A stretch of DNA of 64,000 nucleotides from Kiritimatiellia bacterium (GTDB lineage Bacteria; Verrucomicrobiota; Kiritimatiellia; JAAZAB01), in contig JAXGPF010000007.1 in NCBI GenBank assembly GCA_040767085.1, forward strand, positions 224,266 to 288,265, written 5' to 3'. Each line of letters opens with the position of its first letter. The stretch's first letter is position 1. The notes under the pieces are model-generated. The model searched no databases, had not been told where the DNA came from, and saw only the letters and a list, made by a program, of their open reading frames with translations. Position numbers and translations under genes: made by a program. Positions 43,722 to 52,696 of the stretch are shown piece by piece.

Positions 43722-44753
43722 ATGAATACACGCGGCCCAATCCGGGATTTCATCTTGATCGGCGAGAATATTCACTGCAGCCGGTCAGTGAAAACCGCCA
43801 GCCGCCTGCTCAGCCAGGCGCCCGGCGGCGGCTGGCGCCTGGCATACACCGGCACCGCCGGCATGCGCCACCTGCCCATCCCGGCGGAAATCGTGTCCGG
43901 CGCCGATTGGGCGGCCGGGCGCCTGCGGCATTGCGCCGCGGCTGTCTGGCAGGGACTTTACGGCGCGGCGGAAGACCAGGCGCCGGCCCGGGACTACATT
44001 CATACCCTGGCGCGCCGCCAGGCGGATGCCGGCGCGGCATACCTGGACCTGAACGTGGATGAATTCAACCCGGACATCGCAACCCGCTGCCGGGCCATGC
44101 GCTGGCTCGCGGCAACCGTCCTGGAGGCCGCGGATTTGCCGCTTGGCATAGATTCCTCCCACCCCGCCGTGCTGGAAGCCGGACTCCAGGCGTGCGCCGG
44201 CCGCCGGCCGCCCCTGTTGAATTCCGTATCGCTGGAACGTCTCGCGGCCGCATCCCTGGCCGCCAAGCACCGCGCCCGGGTCATCGCCTCGGCGGCGGGC
44301 CCGGCCGGCATCCCCGACGCGCCGGCGGAGCGGGCTGCCAACCTGGAAAAACTATTACAACACCTGGCGGACGCCGGCATCGAACGGAATGACATTTTCC
44401 TGGATCCGCTGGTCTTGCCGGTTGCCACTGGCAGCGCCAATCCCGGCGTCACCCTGGAAACCATCCGACTGCTGCGCGGCTGGTACGGCGCGGCCCTGCA
44501 CATCACGGGCGGATTCAGCAACGTGTCCTACGGCATGCCGGCCCGCCGGCTGATTAACCTGGTTTTCACCAGCCTGGCCATCCGCGCGGGCGCCGACAGC
44601 GGCATCGTGGACCCGCTGCAGGTAAGCGCGGCGGCGCTGGCCGGCCTGGACTCTGACAGCTCCGCCGCCCGGCTGGCGCACAACCTGCTGTCCGGTGCGG
44701 ATGAGTTCGGCGCGGATTTCCTCGCCGCCTACCGGGCGGGACAAATTAACTAG
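43722..44753 (+). CDS. Pterin-binding methyltetrahydrofolate:corrinoid methyltransferase (AcsE/MetH-like)
   Basis: IGENI, YLDLNVD, GIDSS, LNSVS, LDPLVLPV, GFSNVSYGMP, IVDP. Confidence 0.85.
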   Translation: MNTRGPIRDFILIGENIHCSRSVKTASRLLSQAPGGGWRLAYTGTAGMRHLPIPAEIVSGADWAAGRLRHCAAAVWQGLYGAAEDQAPARDYIHTLARRQADAGAAYLDLNVDEFNPDIATRCRAMRWLAATVLEAADLPLGIDSSHPAVLEAGLQACAGRRPPLLNSVSLERLAAASLAAKHRARVIASAAGPAGIPDAPAERAANLEKLLQHLADAGIERNDIFLDPLVLPVATGSANPGVTLETIRLLRGWYGAALHITGGFSNVSYGMPARRLINLVFTSLAIRAGADSGIVDPLQVSAAALAGLDSDSSAARLAHNLLSGADEFGADFLAAYRAGQIN

Positions 44754-44771
44754 GACGGGAGGTAAACGCAC

Positions 44772-46535
44772 ATGCCGCCAGACATTGAAAACCTCTCCGA
44801 TTGGCAGTTGGCCGCCGCCGCGGAATCCCGGATGCTGTCCCCGGCGCAACTGGCGGACGCCGCCGGCATCCGGGAAACGGAATTGATTCCCATGGGCCGG
44901 GGCGTCGCCAAGGTGGACGCCGCGGCCATCCTCCGCCGCCTGCCGGGCGCGCCGCGCGGCAAATTGATTGACGTCACCGCGATCACCCCCACCCCGCTGG
45001 GCGAAGGCAAAACCACCGCCGCCATCGGCCTGATCCAGGGACTCGGACACATCGGCAAGCAAGCCGGCGGCGCCATCCGCCAGCCCAGCGGCGGACCGAC
45101 CTGGAATATCAAAGGCTCGGCCGCCGGCGGCGGACGGGCGCAATGCATTCCCCTGACGCCTTTTTCCATCCGGCTGACCGGCGACATTGACGCCGTGACC
45201 AACGCCCACAACCTGGCGATGGTAGCGCTGACCGCCCGGATGCAGCATGAGCGCAATTACGACGACGCGCGGCTGAACCAACTGGGTTTGCGGCGGCTGG
45301 ATATCGATCCCCAGCGCGTGGACCTGCGCTGGGCGATGGATTTCTGCGCCCAGGCGCTGCGGGATATCGTCATCGGACGCGGCGGCAAACTGGACGGCGT
45401 GGAAATGCCATCCGGCTTCCAGATTTCCGTCTCCAGCGAGGTCATGGCCATCCTGGCGGTGGCCCGCGACCTGGCGGACCTGCGGGAACGCATGGGGCGC
45501 ATCGTTGTCGCCCGCAGCCGCGCCGGCGCGCCGGTTACCACCGCCGATCTCCAGGTGGACGGCGCCATGACCGCCTGGCTCGCCGAAGCCATCAATCCCA
45601 ACCTGCTGCAGACCATGAGCGGCCAGCCGGTGCTGGTGCATGCCGGCCCGTTCGCCAACATTGCCATTGGCCAGAGTTCCATCATCGCCGACCGGGTCGG
45701 CCTGCGTTTATGGGACTACCACGTCACCGAAAGCGGCTTCGGCGCGGACATCGGCTATGAGAAATTCTGGAACTTGAAATGCCGCCTGGCCGGACTGCAA
45801 CCGGATGCGGTGGTAATTGTCGCCACCATCCGGGCGCTGAAAATGCACGGCGGCGGGCCGCCGGTCAAGCCGGGCGCGTCATTGCCGGCGGCTTACACGC
45901 AGCCTGATCCGGCGCTGGTCGAAGCCGGCTGCGCCAACCTGCTGGCGCATATTGAAATTGTCCGGAAAAGCGGCATTGCACCGGTAGTCTGCATCAACCC
46001 CTTCCCCTCGGACACACCCGCGGAAACGCGCATCGTCATGGAATGCGCCGGCCAGGCCGGCGCCCAGGCGGTGGTTTCACGGCACTGGGAAAGCGGCGGA
46101 GCGGGCGCGGCGGAATTCGCCGAGGCCGTGGCAGCGGCCGCGGCGCGGCCGTCCCGGTTCCGTTTCCTGTACCAGCCGGAACAGCCGCTGGCGGATAAAA
46201 TCGCCGTCATTGCCCGCGAAATTTACGGCGCCGACGGCGTGGATTACACGCCCGCCGCCAGCGCCAAACTGGCGGAATTGCAGGACGATCCTGCCGCCCG
46301 ACAACTGGGCATCTGCATGGCCAAAACGCATTTAAGCCTGTCGCACGATCCGCAGGCTAAAGGACGCCCGCACGGTTGGCGGCTGCCGGTGCGGGATGTG
46401 CTGACCTACCGCGGCGCCGGGCTGGTGGTGCCGGTGGCCGGCGAGATCAAACTCATGCCCGGGACTGCATCGCGTCCGGCATTCATGCGCGTGGACGTGG
46501 ATACCGCCACCGGACAGGTGCGGGGACTGTTTTAA
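44772..46535 (+). CDS. fhs: Formate-tetrahydrofolate ligase
   Basis: [50 protein letters not shown]. Confidence 0.97.
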   Translation: MPPDIENLSDWQLAAAAESRMLSPAQLADAAGIRETELIPMGRGVAKVDAAAILRRLPGAPRGKLIDVTAITPTPLGEGKTTAAIGLIQGLGHIGKQAGGAIRQPSGGPTWNIKGSAAGGGRAQCIPLTPFSIRLTGDIDAVTNAHNLAMVALTARMQHERNYDDARLNQLGLRRLDIDPQRVDLRWAMDFCAQALRDIVIGRGGKLDGVEMPSGFQISVSSEVMAILAVARDLADLRERMGRIVVARSRAGAPVTTADLQVDGAMTAWLAEAINPNLLQTMSGQPVLVHAGPFANIAIGQSSIIADRVGLRLWDYHVTESGFGADIGYEKFWNLKCRLAGLQPDAVVIVATIRALKMHGGGPPVKPGASLPAAYTQPDPALVEAGCANLLAHIEIVRKSGIAPVVCINPFPSDTPAETRIVMECAGQAGAQAVVSRHWESGGAGAAEFAEAVAAAAARPSRFRFLYQPEQPLADKIAVIAREIYGADGVDYTPAASAKLAELQDDPAARQLGICMAKTHLSLSHDPQAKGRPHGWRLPVRDVLTYRGAGLVVPVAGEIKLMPGTASRPAFMRVDVDTATGQVRGLF

Positions 46536-46574
46536 ACAGTTCCGCGTCCGCCGAAGCCTGGCGCAGGCGGGCGC
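46522..46574. terminator. Hairpins between convergent fhs and MtaA-like genes
   Basis: GGGACTGTTT/AAACAGTTCC over the fhs stop, then GCGTCCGCC-GAAGCCTGGCGCA-GGCGGGCGC. Confidence 0.45.
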
Positions 46575-46631
46575 GCTACCGGGCGGAGCGATACGCGCGG
46601 AGAGCGCGCCCTGCCACGGAACGGCGCGGGA

Positions 46632-48257
46632 TCAAACATCCTTGATCCATTCCTTGACCGCGAGCGTTTCCGGGGGCGCGCCGGCGGACTTCAGCTGATA
46701 GCGCGCCAGCACTACTGCCGGCGTCTGGGACACTCCGTAAGTCAGCATCTGCTGCTCATCCTTGACAACTTCCACGTTCACCTCGGATTCCGCGCCCAAC
46801 TCGCGCACGGCGCGGGTGACATTATTCAGCACCGGCGCGGCCTCGGCGTCGGTCCGGGCCATCACCAGCAGCGACGCGCGGCGGCGCTGGATGCGGCCGC
46901 GCAGTTTTTCATTGATGCGGTTCTGGATCGCGGCTACCAGTTCTTCGCGGCGCGGTATCCGCGAGACGAAGGTAATGCGCCCGTCAATGCAGATGGTGGG
47001 GATGTTCTTCACCATCAGCGAAGTCATGAAGACCAGGGATTCCTTGTGCTTGATCTTGTGTTCCCGCCATTCCACGATGCCCTCGAAATGCGGGGCCACG
47101 CTGCGCACGGCTTCGACCATGTACTGGCACGGCGCGCAGGCCTCGGAATCCAGCGTGATCACATCCACGATCACCTTGTCTATCTGGCCGTATTCGCGCA
47201 TGTTGAGCGTCTGACGGGCCGTTTCCGTCCGGGCCATGGTGCGCAATACTTCGCGCCGGTAGGCATCATGCACAATATCCGCCACCGCCTCCAGGTTGGC
47301 CGGCGGCGTGGCATAGGGCAAATCGCAGCCGGGCGCCAGGACGAATCCCTGGTCGCCGCCGATTTCCAGGCAGGCCAGGGCGTTGCGCTGGGCGTCTTCC
47401 GGCGTGCCCAGCAGCAGCACCACCGTCAATTGCAGGTTGCCCCCGAAACTCACCTGGCGCGCGCGGCAGATATCGCGCACGAAATCCAGGGGTATGTTCT
47501 CATCCACGGAAACGTTGTCCGGGCGGCAGGCGCACATGGCCTCGACATTCTGCTGGGCCTGGCCGCAGACAAAAAAAGATCCCAGGCGTCCCCGCTCCCG
47601 GACAGCGTCAAAGACCGGCGCGGCGTAGGGATGCACAAATTCCATGAACTGTTCCGGGCCGATCTGGCTGGTCATGGGGTCCACCACCGCCACCACGTCG
47701 CAGCCGGCATCCATGTAATACCCCGCCATGGCCGCGCAGGTATCGCGGCAGAAATCCATCAATTGGCGGACTTCGTCGGGCGCGTCGAACATTTTCATGA
47801 AGATATCCGTGCCCAGCAAGTGCATGGCGAGGGTGAAGGGGCCGGTGACCAGTCCGTAGAGCGCCAGTTCCGGATGCGCGGCGCGCAGGCGCCGGCAGAC
47901 TTCCAGCGCCAGCGGAATGCGTCCTGCGTCCGGCTGCGGCACCTTTAAATCCGGCAGGCGGACGTCCTCCGCCAGCGGATGACTGGCGACGGCCGGGGGA
48001 TTCTCGTCCGCCCAGACCAGACGGCAGCCCAGCACTTCCGCCTCGATCTGAAGGTCGAACATCGCCGGCAATCCATCCGGCCGGTAACGCCGGACAGCTT
48101 CTTCCAGTCCGCGCACCACCAGGTCGGCGGAGCGTAAAAACTCGCCGGCCTTGGCGCCGATCAGGGCGCCGGCGTGACAGCCGGCGAAAGGCACCCAGGG
48201 AGTCCGCTCGACTTTTTCGCCGCGAAAAGCGGCTTGAATTAAATCGCGTCCTTGCAT
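46632..48257 (-). CDS. MtaA/CmuA (UroD-superfamily) methyltransferase-like protein fused to thioredoxin-like domains
   Basis: FDLQIEAEVLG, TGPFTLA, DPMTS, FFVCG, GGNL, LAPGCD; C-terminal CAPC and a second YGVSQTPAV domain. Confidence 0.85.
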   Translation of the reverse strand: MQGRDLIQAAFRGEKVERTPWVPFAGCHAGALIGAKAGEFLRSADLVVRGLEEAVRRYRPDGLPAMFDLQIEAEVLGCRLVWADENPPAVASHPLAEDVRLPDLKVPQPDAGRIPLALEVCRRLRAAHPELALYGLVTGPFTLAMHLLGTDIFMKMFDAPDEVRQLMDFCRDTCAAMAGYYMDAGCDVVAVVDPMTSQIGPEQFMEFVHPYAAPVFDAVRERGRLGSFFVCGQAQQNVEAMCACRPDNVSVDENIPLDFVRDICRARQVSFGGNLQLTVVLLLGTPEDAQRNALACLEIGGDQGFVLAPGCDLPYATPPANLEAVADIVHDAYRREVLRTMARTETARQTLNMREYGQIDKVIVDVITLDSEACAPCQYMVEAVRSVAPHFEGIVEWREHKIKHKESLVFMTSLMVKNIPTICIDGRITFVSRIPRREELVAAIQNRINEKLRGRIQRRRASLLVMARTDAEAAPVLNNVTRAVRELGAESEVNVEVVKDEQQMLTYGVSQTPAVVLARYQLKSAGAPPETLAVKEWIKDV

Positions 48258-48280
48258 GGCAGAATATCCTTTCAAGCGAG

Positions 48281-49351
48281 TCAACGCGCAGTGGCGGCCG
48301 CCGGCGGTATTGCCGGCCGGGCGTCAGGCGCCAGTTCCATTTTCAGCCAGACCGCAAACAAGATGGCCGTGCAGATTGCCGCCGCGGCCAGGAAAATCCG
48401 GAAAGCGCGCTTGGATGCCAGCGGCGGCGGGGCGGGCGGCGCAGGGCGGGGTTTGGGCGCCAGGCGGCGCGCGCCGCGCATCACGGTGCTGCAGCCTTCG
48501 CGCGGCGGCGGGGTCAGCGGCCGGGCGCCATGCAGCACCCGGTCAATATCCGCCAAAACTCCCGACCAGCCCGCGGGCCGGTCCGACGGCTGCTTGGCCA
48601 TCATGATTTCCAGCAGCCACGCCATATTTTCCGACAAGCCGGGATTGCGTTCCCGGGGATCCGGCACGAAGTCCGTGACATTGCGCATCATGGCGGCAAC
48701 GCCCGAGGTATCGGCAAACGGGGCGTAGCCGGTAGCCAGGTGGTACATGGTCGCGCCCAGCGCGTAAATATCGGCGCGGCAATCAATCTGCGGTTCTCCC
48801 TGCGCCTGCTCCGGCGCGCAATAATACGGCGTGCCGATCATCATTTTCGTCATCGTGATGCCGCCCGCGCCGGCCCCCACGATTTTCGCCAGCCCCAGGT
48901 CGGCCACCTTCACCGTGCCGTCGCCGTCAATCAGGATATTATCCGGCTTGATGTCGCGGTGGACGAGCTGGGCGTTATTCCAGGCATACTCCAGCGCCAC
49001 GGCCACGGACTCGGCGATCAGCAAGGTGGTGTCCTCCTCCAGCCGCCCCTTGCGGTTGACGCGGCGCCCGGCGGTCTCGCCGTCAATATACTCCATGACG
49101 AAATAAAAGGTGCCGTCATCCATCCCGGCATCGTAAATCTGGACCAGGTTGTTATGCTTGAGCTGGGCGGCCGCCTTGGCTTCCTGCCGGAACCGCATGA
49201 TGTAGGCCGGGTTGTCCGCCAGGCCGGCCGGCAGAATCTTCACCGCCACCATGCGGTTGAGGGAAAGCTGGCGCGCCAGGTAAACCGCGCCCATGCCGCC
49301 TTCGCCCAGGCGCCAGAGCATCTCGTAACCTTTGATCTGCGGCGAAGACAT
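48281..49351 (-). CDS. Hanks-type Ser/Thr protein kinase with one TM helix
   Basis: LGEGGMG, VAVK, HRDIKPDN, DLGLAK, GTPYYCAPEQ, DIYALG. Confidence 0.95.
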   Translation of the reverse strand: MSSPQIKGYEMLWRLGEGGMGAVYLARQLSLNRMVAVKILPAGLADNPAYIMRFRQEAKAAAQLKHNNLVQIYDAGMDDGTFYFVMEYIDGETAGRRVNRKGRLEEDTTLLIAESVAVALEYAWNNAQLVHRDIKPDNILIDGDGTVKVADLGLAKIVGAGAGGITMTKMMIGTPYYCAPEQAQGEPQIDCRADIYALGATMYHLATGYAPFADTSGVAAMMRNVTDFVPDPRERNPGLSENMAWLLEIMMAKQPSDRPAGWSGVLADIDRVLHGARPLTPPPREGCSTVMRGARRLAPKPRPAPPAPPPLASKRAFRIFLAAAAICTAILFAVWLKMELAPDARPAIPPAAATAR

Positions 49352-49500
49352 TGGCCAAGCCTTCCAGTAGCCGCGGCTGATTTTTCAACCCAACCTCAGC
49401 CGCGGAATCATTCCGCGTTGCGCGGGCGGAGGATCGCCCCGTCAGATGCCGCACGCCGTACGGCTGCTACAGCCCCCCGCGCGGGGGGGCGCATCCTGCC

Positions 49501-51345
49501 TCACTCCACCGTCACTGATTTTGCCAGGTTGCGCGGCTGGTCAATCGGACAGCCGCGGCGCCGGGCAATGTAATACGCCAGCAACTGCTCAGCCACCACC
49601 ACCGGCACCGGCGCAATGAAATCGGCGCAAGGCGGCACGCGGATGATATCATCGGCGAAGCGGTCCGCCGCGCTGTCGCCGGCCGTGGCAATGGCAATTA
49701 CCGGCGCGCCGCGGGCGCGGCATTCCTGCATGTTGTTGATGGTTTTGCCCTGGCCATGGATATCCGGCACGGCCACTACCACCGGCACGCGCTCATCCAG
49801 CAGGGCTATCGGCCCGTGCTTGAGCTCGGCGGCATGGTAGCCTTCGGCGTGAATATAGGAGATTTCCTTCAATTTTAAGGCGCCTTCCAGGGCCGCCGGA
49901 TACATGTAACCGCGGCCCAGGTAAAAAAAGTGCTCCGCACGGGAATATTTCTCGGCAATCTTCCGGATGGCGTCCGCCTCTGCCAGCACCGCCGCCGTCA
50001 AATCCGGCAAGCGGGCCAATTCCCGCACCAGGTCGCGCCCCTGGGCGCCCGACATGCGACGCGCGCGGGCGAAGGCAATGGCCAGCATCGCCAGCACCGC
50101 CACCTGGCAGGTAAATGCCTTGGTGGACGCCACGCCGATTTCCGGGCCGGCATGCAGATAAACGCCGCGGCCGGTCTCCCGGGCAATGGTGGAACCCACC
50201 ACATTGCAGATCCCGAGCACCAGCGCCCCCTTGCGCCGGGCTTCGCGCACCGCTTCGATCGTGTCGGCCGTCTCGCCGGACTGGCTGACCGCCAGCAGGC
50301 AACTGTCGCGCTCGATAATCGGGTTGCGATACCGGAATTCCGCCGCCTGCTCCACTTCCGCCGGCATATCCGCCAGCCCCTCGAAATGGTACTTGCCGAC
50401 CATGCCCGCGTAGAAGGAAGTGCCGCAGGCCGCAATGATCATGCGCGAAATCCGCGCGAAATCCGCCGGCTCGAGCCGCGCCCCGCTGAGCCGCACATCG
50501 CCGTCCTTTTCGAGCAACCGGCCGCGTATGGCATTGGCCAGGGCGGCGGGCTGCTCGTGGATTTCCTTGAGCATGAAATGTTCATATCCGCCTTTCTCAA
50601 TCTGGCCGGGCTGGCAATCCACCCGGGTCAACGCGCGGGTAACGGGCGTGTTTTTCAGCGAGACGATTTCCGCCTGGCCAGCGCCGACCGTGGCGATATC
50701 GCCGTCGTCCAGGTAAATCACCTGGTTGGTGTAATTGACGATGGCGCTGACATCCGAGGCGATGATCGCCTCGCCGTTGCCGATGCCAACGGCGATGGGG
50801 CTGCCCTTGCGCGCGGCCACGATTGTATCCGGATGCCCGGCCGCGATCACGGCGATGCCGTAGGCGCCTTCCACGGATTCCAGGGCCGCGGCAACCGCGC
50901 GCTGCAGGTCGCCGGCATAACATTCCTCGATCAGGTGCGCCAGCACCTCGGAATCCGTCTCGCTGGCGAAAATGTAGCCCTTGCGTTCCAGGCGTTCCTT
51001 GAGTTCCAGGTAATTCTCGATGATGCCGTTATGCACCACGGCAAAAGCGCCGTTCCGGCTCAAATGCGGGTGCGCATTGCGTTCCACCGGCGGACCATGC
51101 GTGGCCCAGCGCGTATGGCCGATTCCCAGGCGGGCCGGCGCGGCAGCGCTCCCCAACCCGGCTTCGACCGCCCGCTGCAAGTCCGCAATTTTACCCGCCA
51201 CGCGCACACGCCGCAGCACGCCCCCGGCGGGATCCGCCAGCGCCAGCCCGGCCGAATCGTAACCGCGGTATTCCATCCGCTGCAAGCCCGCCAGGATAAT
51301 GCCCGCGGCCGGCCGTGGACCGTTATAGCCGATGATGCCGCACAT
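49501..51345 (-). CDS. glmS: Glutamine-fructose-6-phosphate transaminase
   Basis: MCGII, EYRGYDSAG, HTRWATHG, SQSGETAD, PRNLAKSVTVE. Confidence 0.98.
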   Translation of the reverse strand: MCGIIGYNGPRPAAGIILAGLQRMEYRGYDSAGLALADPAGGVLRRVRVAGKIADLQRAVEAGLGSAAAPARLGIGHTRWATHGPPVERNAHPHLSRNGAFAVVHNGIIENYLELKERLERKGYIFASETDSEVLAHLIEECYAGDLQRAVAAALESVEGAYGIAVIAAGHPDTIVAARKGSPIAVGIGNGEAIIASDVSAIVNYTNQVIYLDDGDIATVGAGQAEIVSLKNTPVTRALTRVDCQPGQIEKGGYEHFMLKEIHEQPAALANAIRGRLLEKDGDVRLSGARLEPADFARISRMIIAACGTSFYAGMVGKYHFEGLADMPAEVEQAAEFRYRNPIIERDSCLLAVSQSGETADTIEAVREARRKGALVLGICNVVGSTIARETGRGVYLHAGPEIGVASTKAFTCQVAVLAMLAIAFARARRMSGAQGRDLVRELARLPDLTAAVLAEADAIRKIAEKYSRAEHFFYLGRGYMYPAALEGALKLKEISYIHAEGYHAAELKHGPIALLDERVPVVVAVPDIHGQGKTINNMQECRARGAPVIAIATAGDSAADRFADDIIRVPPCADFIAPVPVVVAEQLLAYYIARRRGCPIDQPRNLAKSVTVE

Positions 51346-51354
51346 ATTCTGCTC

Positions 51355-52638
51355 CTAGAACACTTTCCCGCGCACAATCATCTGGTCGCGGTCGCGTCCT
51401 GCGGAAACGATGACCACCGGTGTGCCAATGCGTTTTGCGATTTGAGCGAGATACCGCCGCGCGTTGACGGGCAAGGCGCCGTAAGTGCGCGCCGCCCCGG
51501 TGGACGCGCGCCAACCGGGCCAGAATTCATACACCGGCCGGGCGTCGCGCAATGCGACGGGGCTGACAGGCATTTCCTCGCAGCGCCGTCCGCCGACTTC
51601 GTAAGCCACGCAGACGCCGATCCGGTCGAACTCGTCCAGCACATCCATCTTGGTGATCACCAGGCCGTCCAGCCCGTTCACTGCCGCCGCCCGGCGCAAC
51701 TGGACCAGGTCCAGCCAGCCGCAGCGCCGCGGACGGCTGGTGGTGGCGCCGTATTCGCCGCCCAACTCGCGCAGCCGCTCGCCGGTGGCATCGTGCAATT
51801 CGCTGGTGAACGGCCCCTCGCCTACGCGCGTGGCATAGGCCTTGGCCACGCCCAGCACCTTGTCCACCGCCCCCGGTCCGATGCCGGCGCCGACGCAGAC
51901 GCCGCCGGCGATGGTATGCGAAGAGGTGACATAGGGATAAGAGCCGGCGCTGACGTCCAGCATGGTGCCCTGGGCGCCTTCGTACAGGATGCGCCTGCCA
52001 TCGGCGCGCGCCTGCCACAGCAGGGCGGCGGTATCGGCGATCAGGCCGCGCCAGGGGCGCATCAAGTCCAGCGCTTCGCGCACCGTGCGTTCCTCGTCCA
52101 GCGCGGCCGCCTGGTCCGCCGGCAGCAGCTTGCGTTTGGCCGCCAGGCAAATCCGCACGCGGGCGCGAAAATAATCCTCATCCAGCGTGTCCGCCGCCCG
52201 CACCCCGATGCGCGCCGCCCGGTCGGCGTACGCCGGGCCGATGCCGCGCAGCGTGGTGCCGATTTTGTCGCCGCCCATGCGCTGCTCCGCCGCGCGGTCC
52301 AGGGCGGGATGGCACGGCAGAATCAAATGGGCTTCGCCGCTGATGCGCAGGCGCTGCTTCAAGTCGGATTCGGCAAGGCCGATCTCGGCCAGTTCCTCGG
52401 CCAGGCGGACGGGATTCAGCACCACGCCGCCGCCGATGATGTTCAGAACGCCGGGGCGCAGAATCCCGCTGGGCAGGAGGTGGAACACGTGCTTACGGCC
52501 ATCGCAATACACCGTGTGCCCGGCGTTGTCACCGCCTTGAAAACGCGCCACCACATCGGCCTCGCCGGCCAGCGCGTCCACGATCTTGCCTTTACCCTCA
52601 TCGCCCCACTGGGCGCCCACAATCACAACTGACGACAT
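51355..52638 (-). CDS. purA: Adenylosuccinate synthetase
   Basis: GAQWGDEGKGK, NAGHT, EGAQG, YPYVTSS, TRVGEGPF, RRCGWLD. Confidence 0.98.
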   Translation of the reverse strand: MSSVVIVGAQWGDEGKGKIVDALAGEADVVARFQGGDNAGHTVYCDGRKHVFHLLPSGILRPGVLNIIGGGVVLNPVRLAEELAEIGLAESDLKQRLRISGEAHLILPCHPALDRAAEQRMGGDKIGTTLRGIGPAYADRAARIGVRAADTLDEDYFRARVRICLAAKRKLLPADQAAALDEERTVREALDLMRPWRGLIADTAALLWQARADGRRILYEGAQGTMLDVSAGSYPYVTSSHTIAGGVCVGAGIGPGAVDKVLGVAKAYATRVGEGPFTSELHDATGERLRELGGEYGATTSRPRRCGWLDLVQLRRAAAVNGLDGLVITKMDVLDEFDRIGVCVAYEVGGRRCEEMPVSPVALRDARPVYEFWPGWRASTGAARTYGALPVNARRYLAQIAKRIGTPVVIVSAGRDRDQMIVRGKVF

Positions 52639-52696
52639 GCTGCACTCCTCTGATGGTAGCGCCGGCGCCGCGGCAAAGCCGGCCGCGGCGGCCGCT

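Noticed and set aside
51346-51354. glmS ribozyme
   Set aside because: Only 9 nt separate purA and glmS.
49930-52632. 900-aa plus ORF and similar long ORFs (6548-8062, 36494-38737)
   Set aside because: High-GC antisense shadows of glmS/purA, ahcY and the RND gene.
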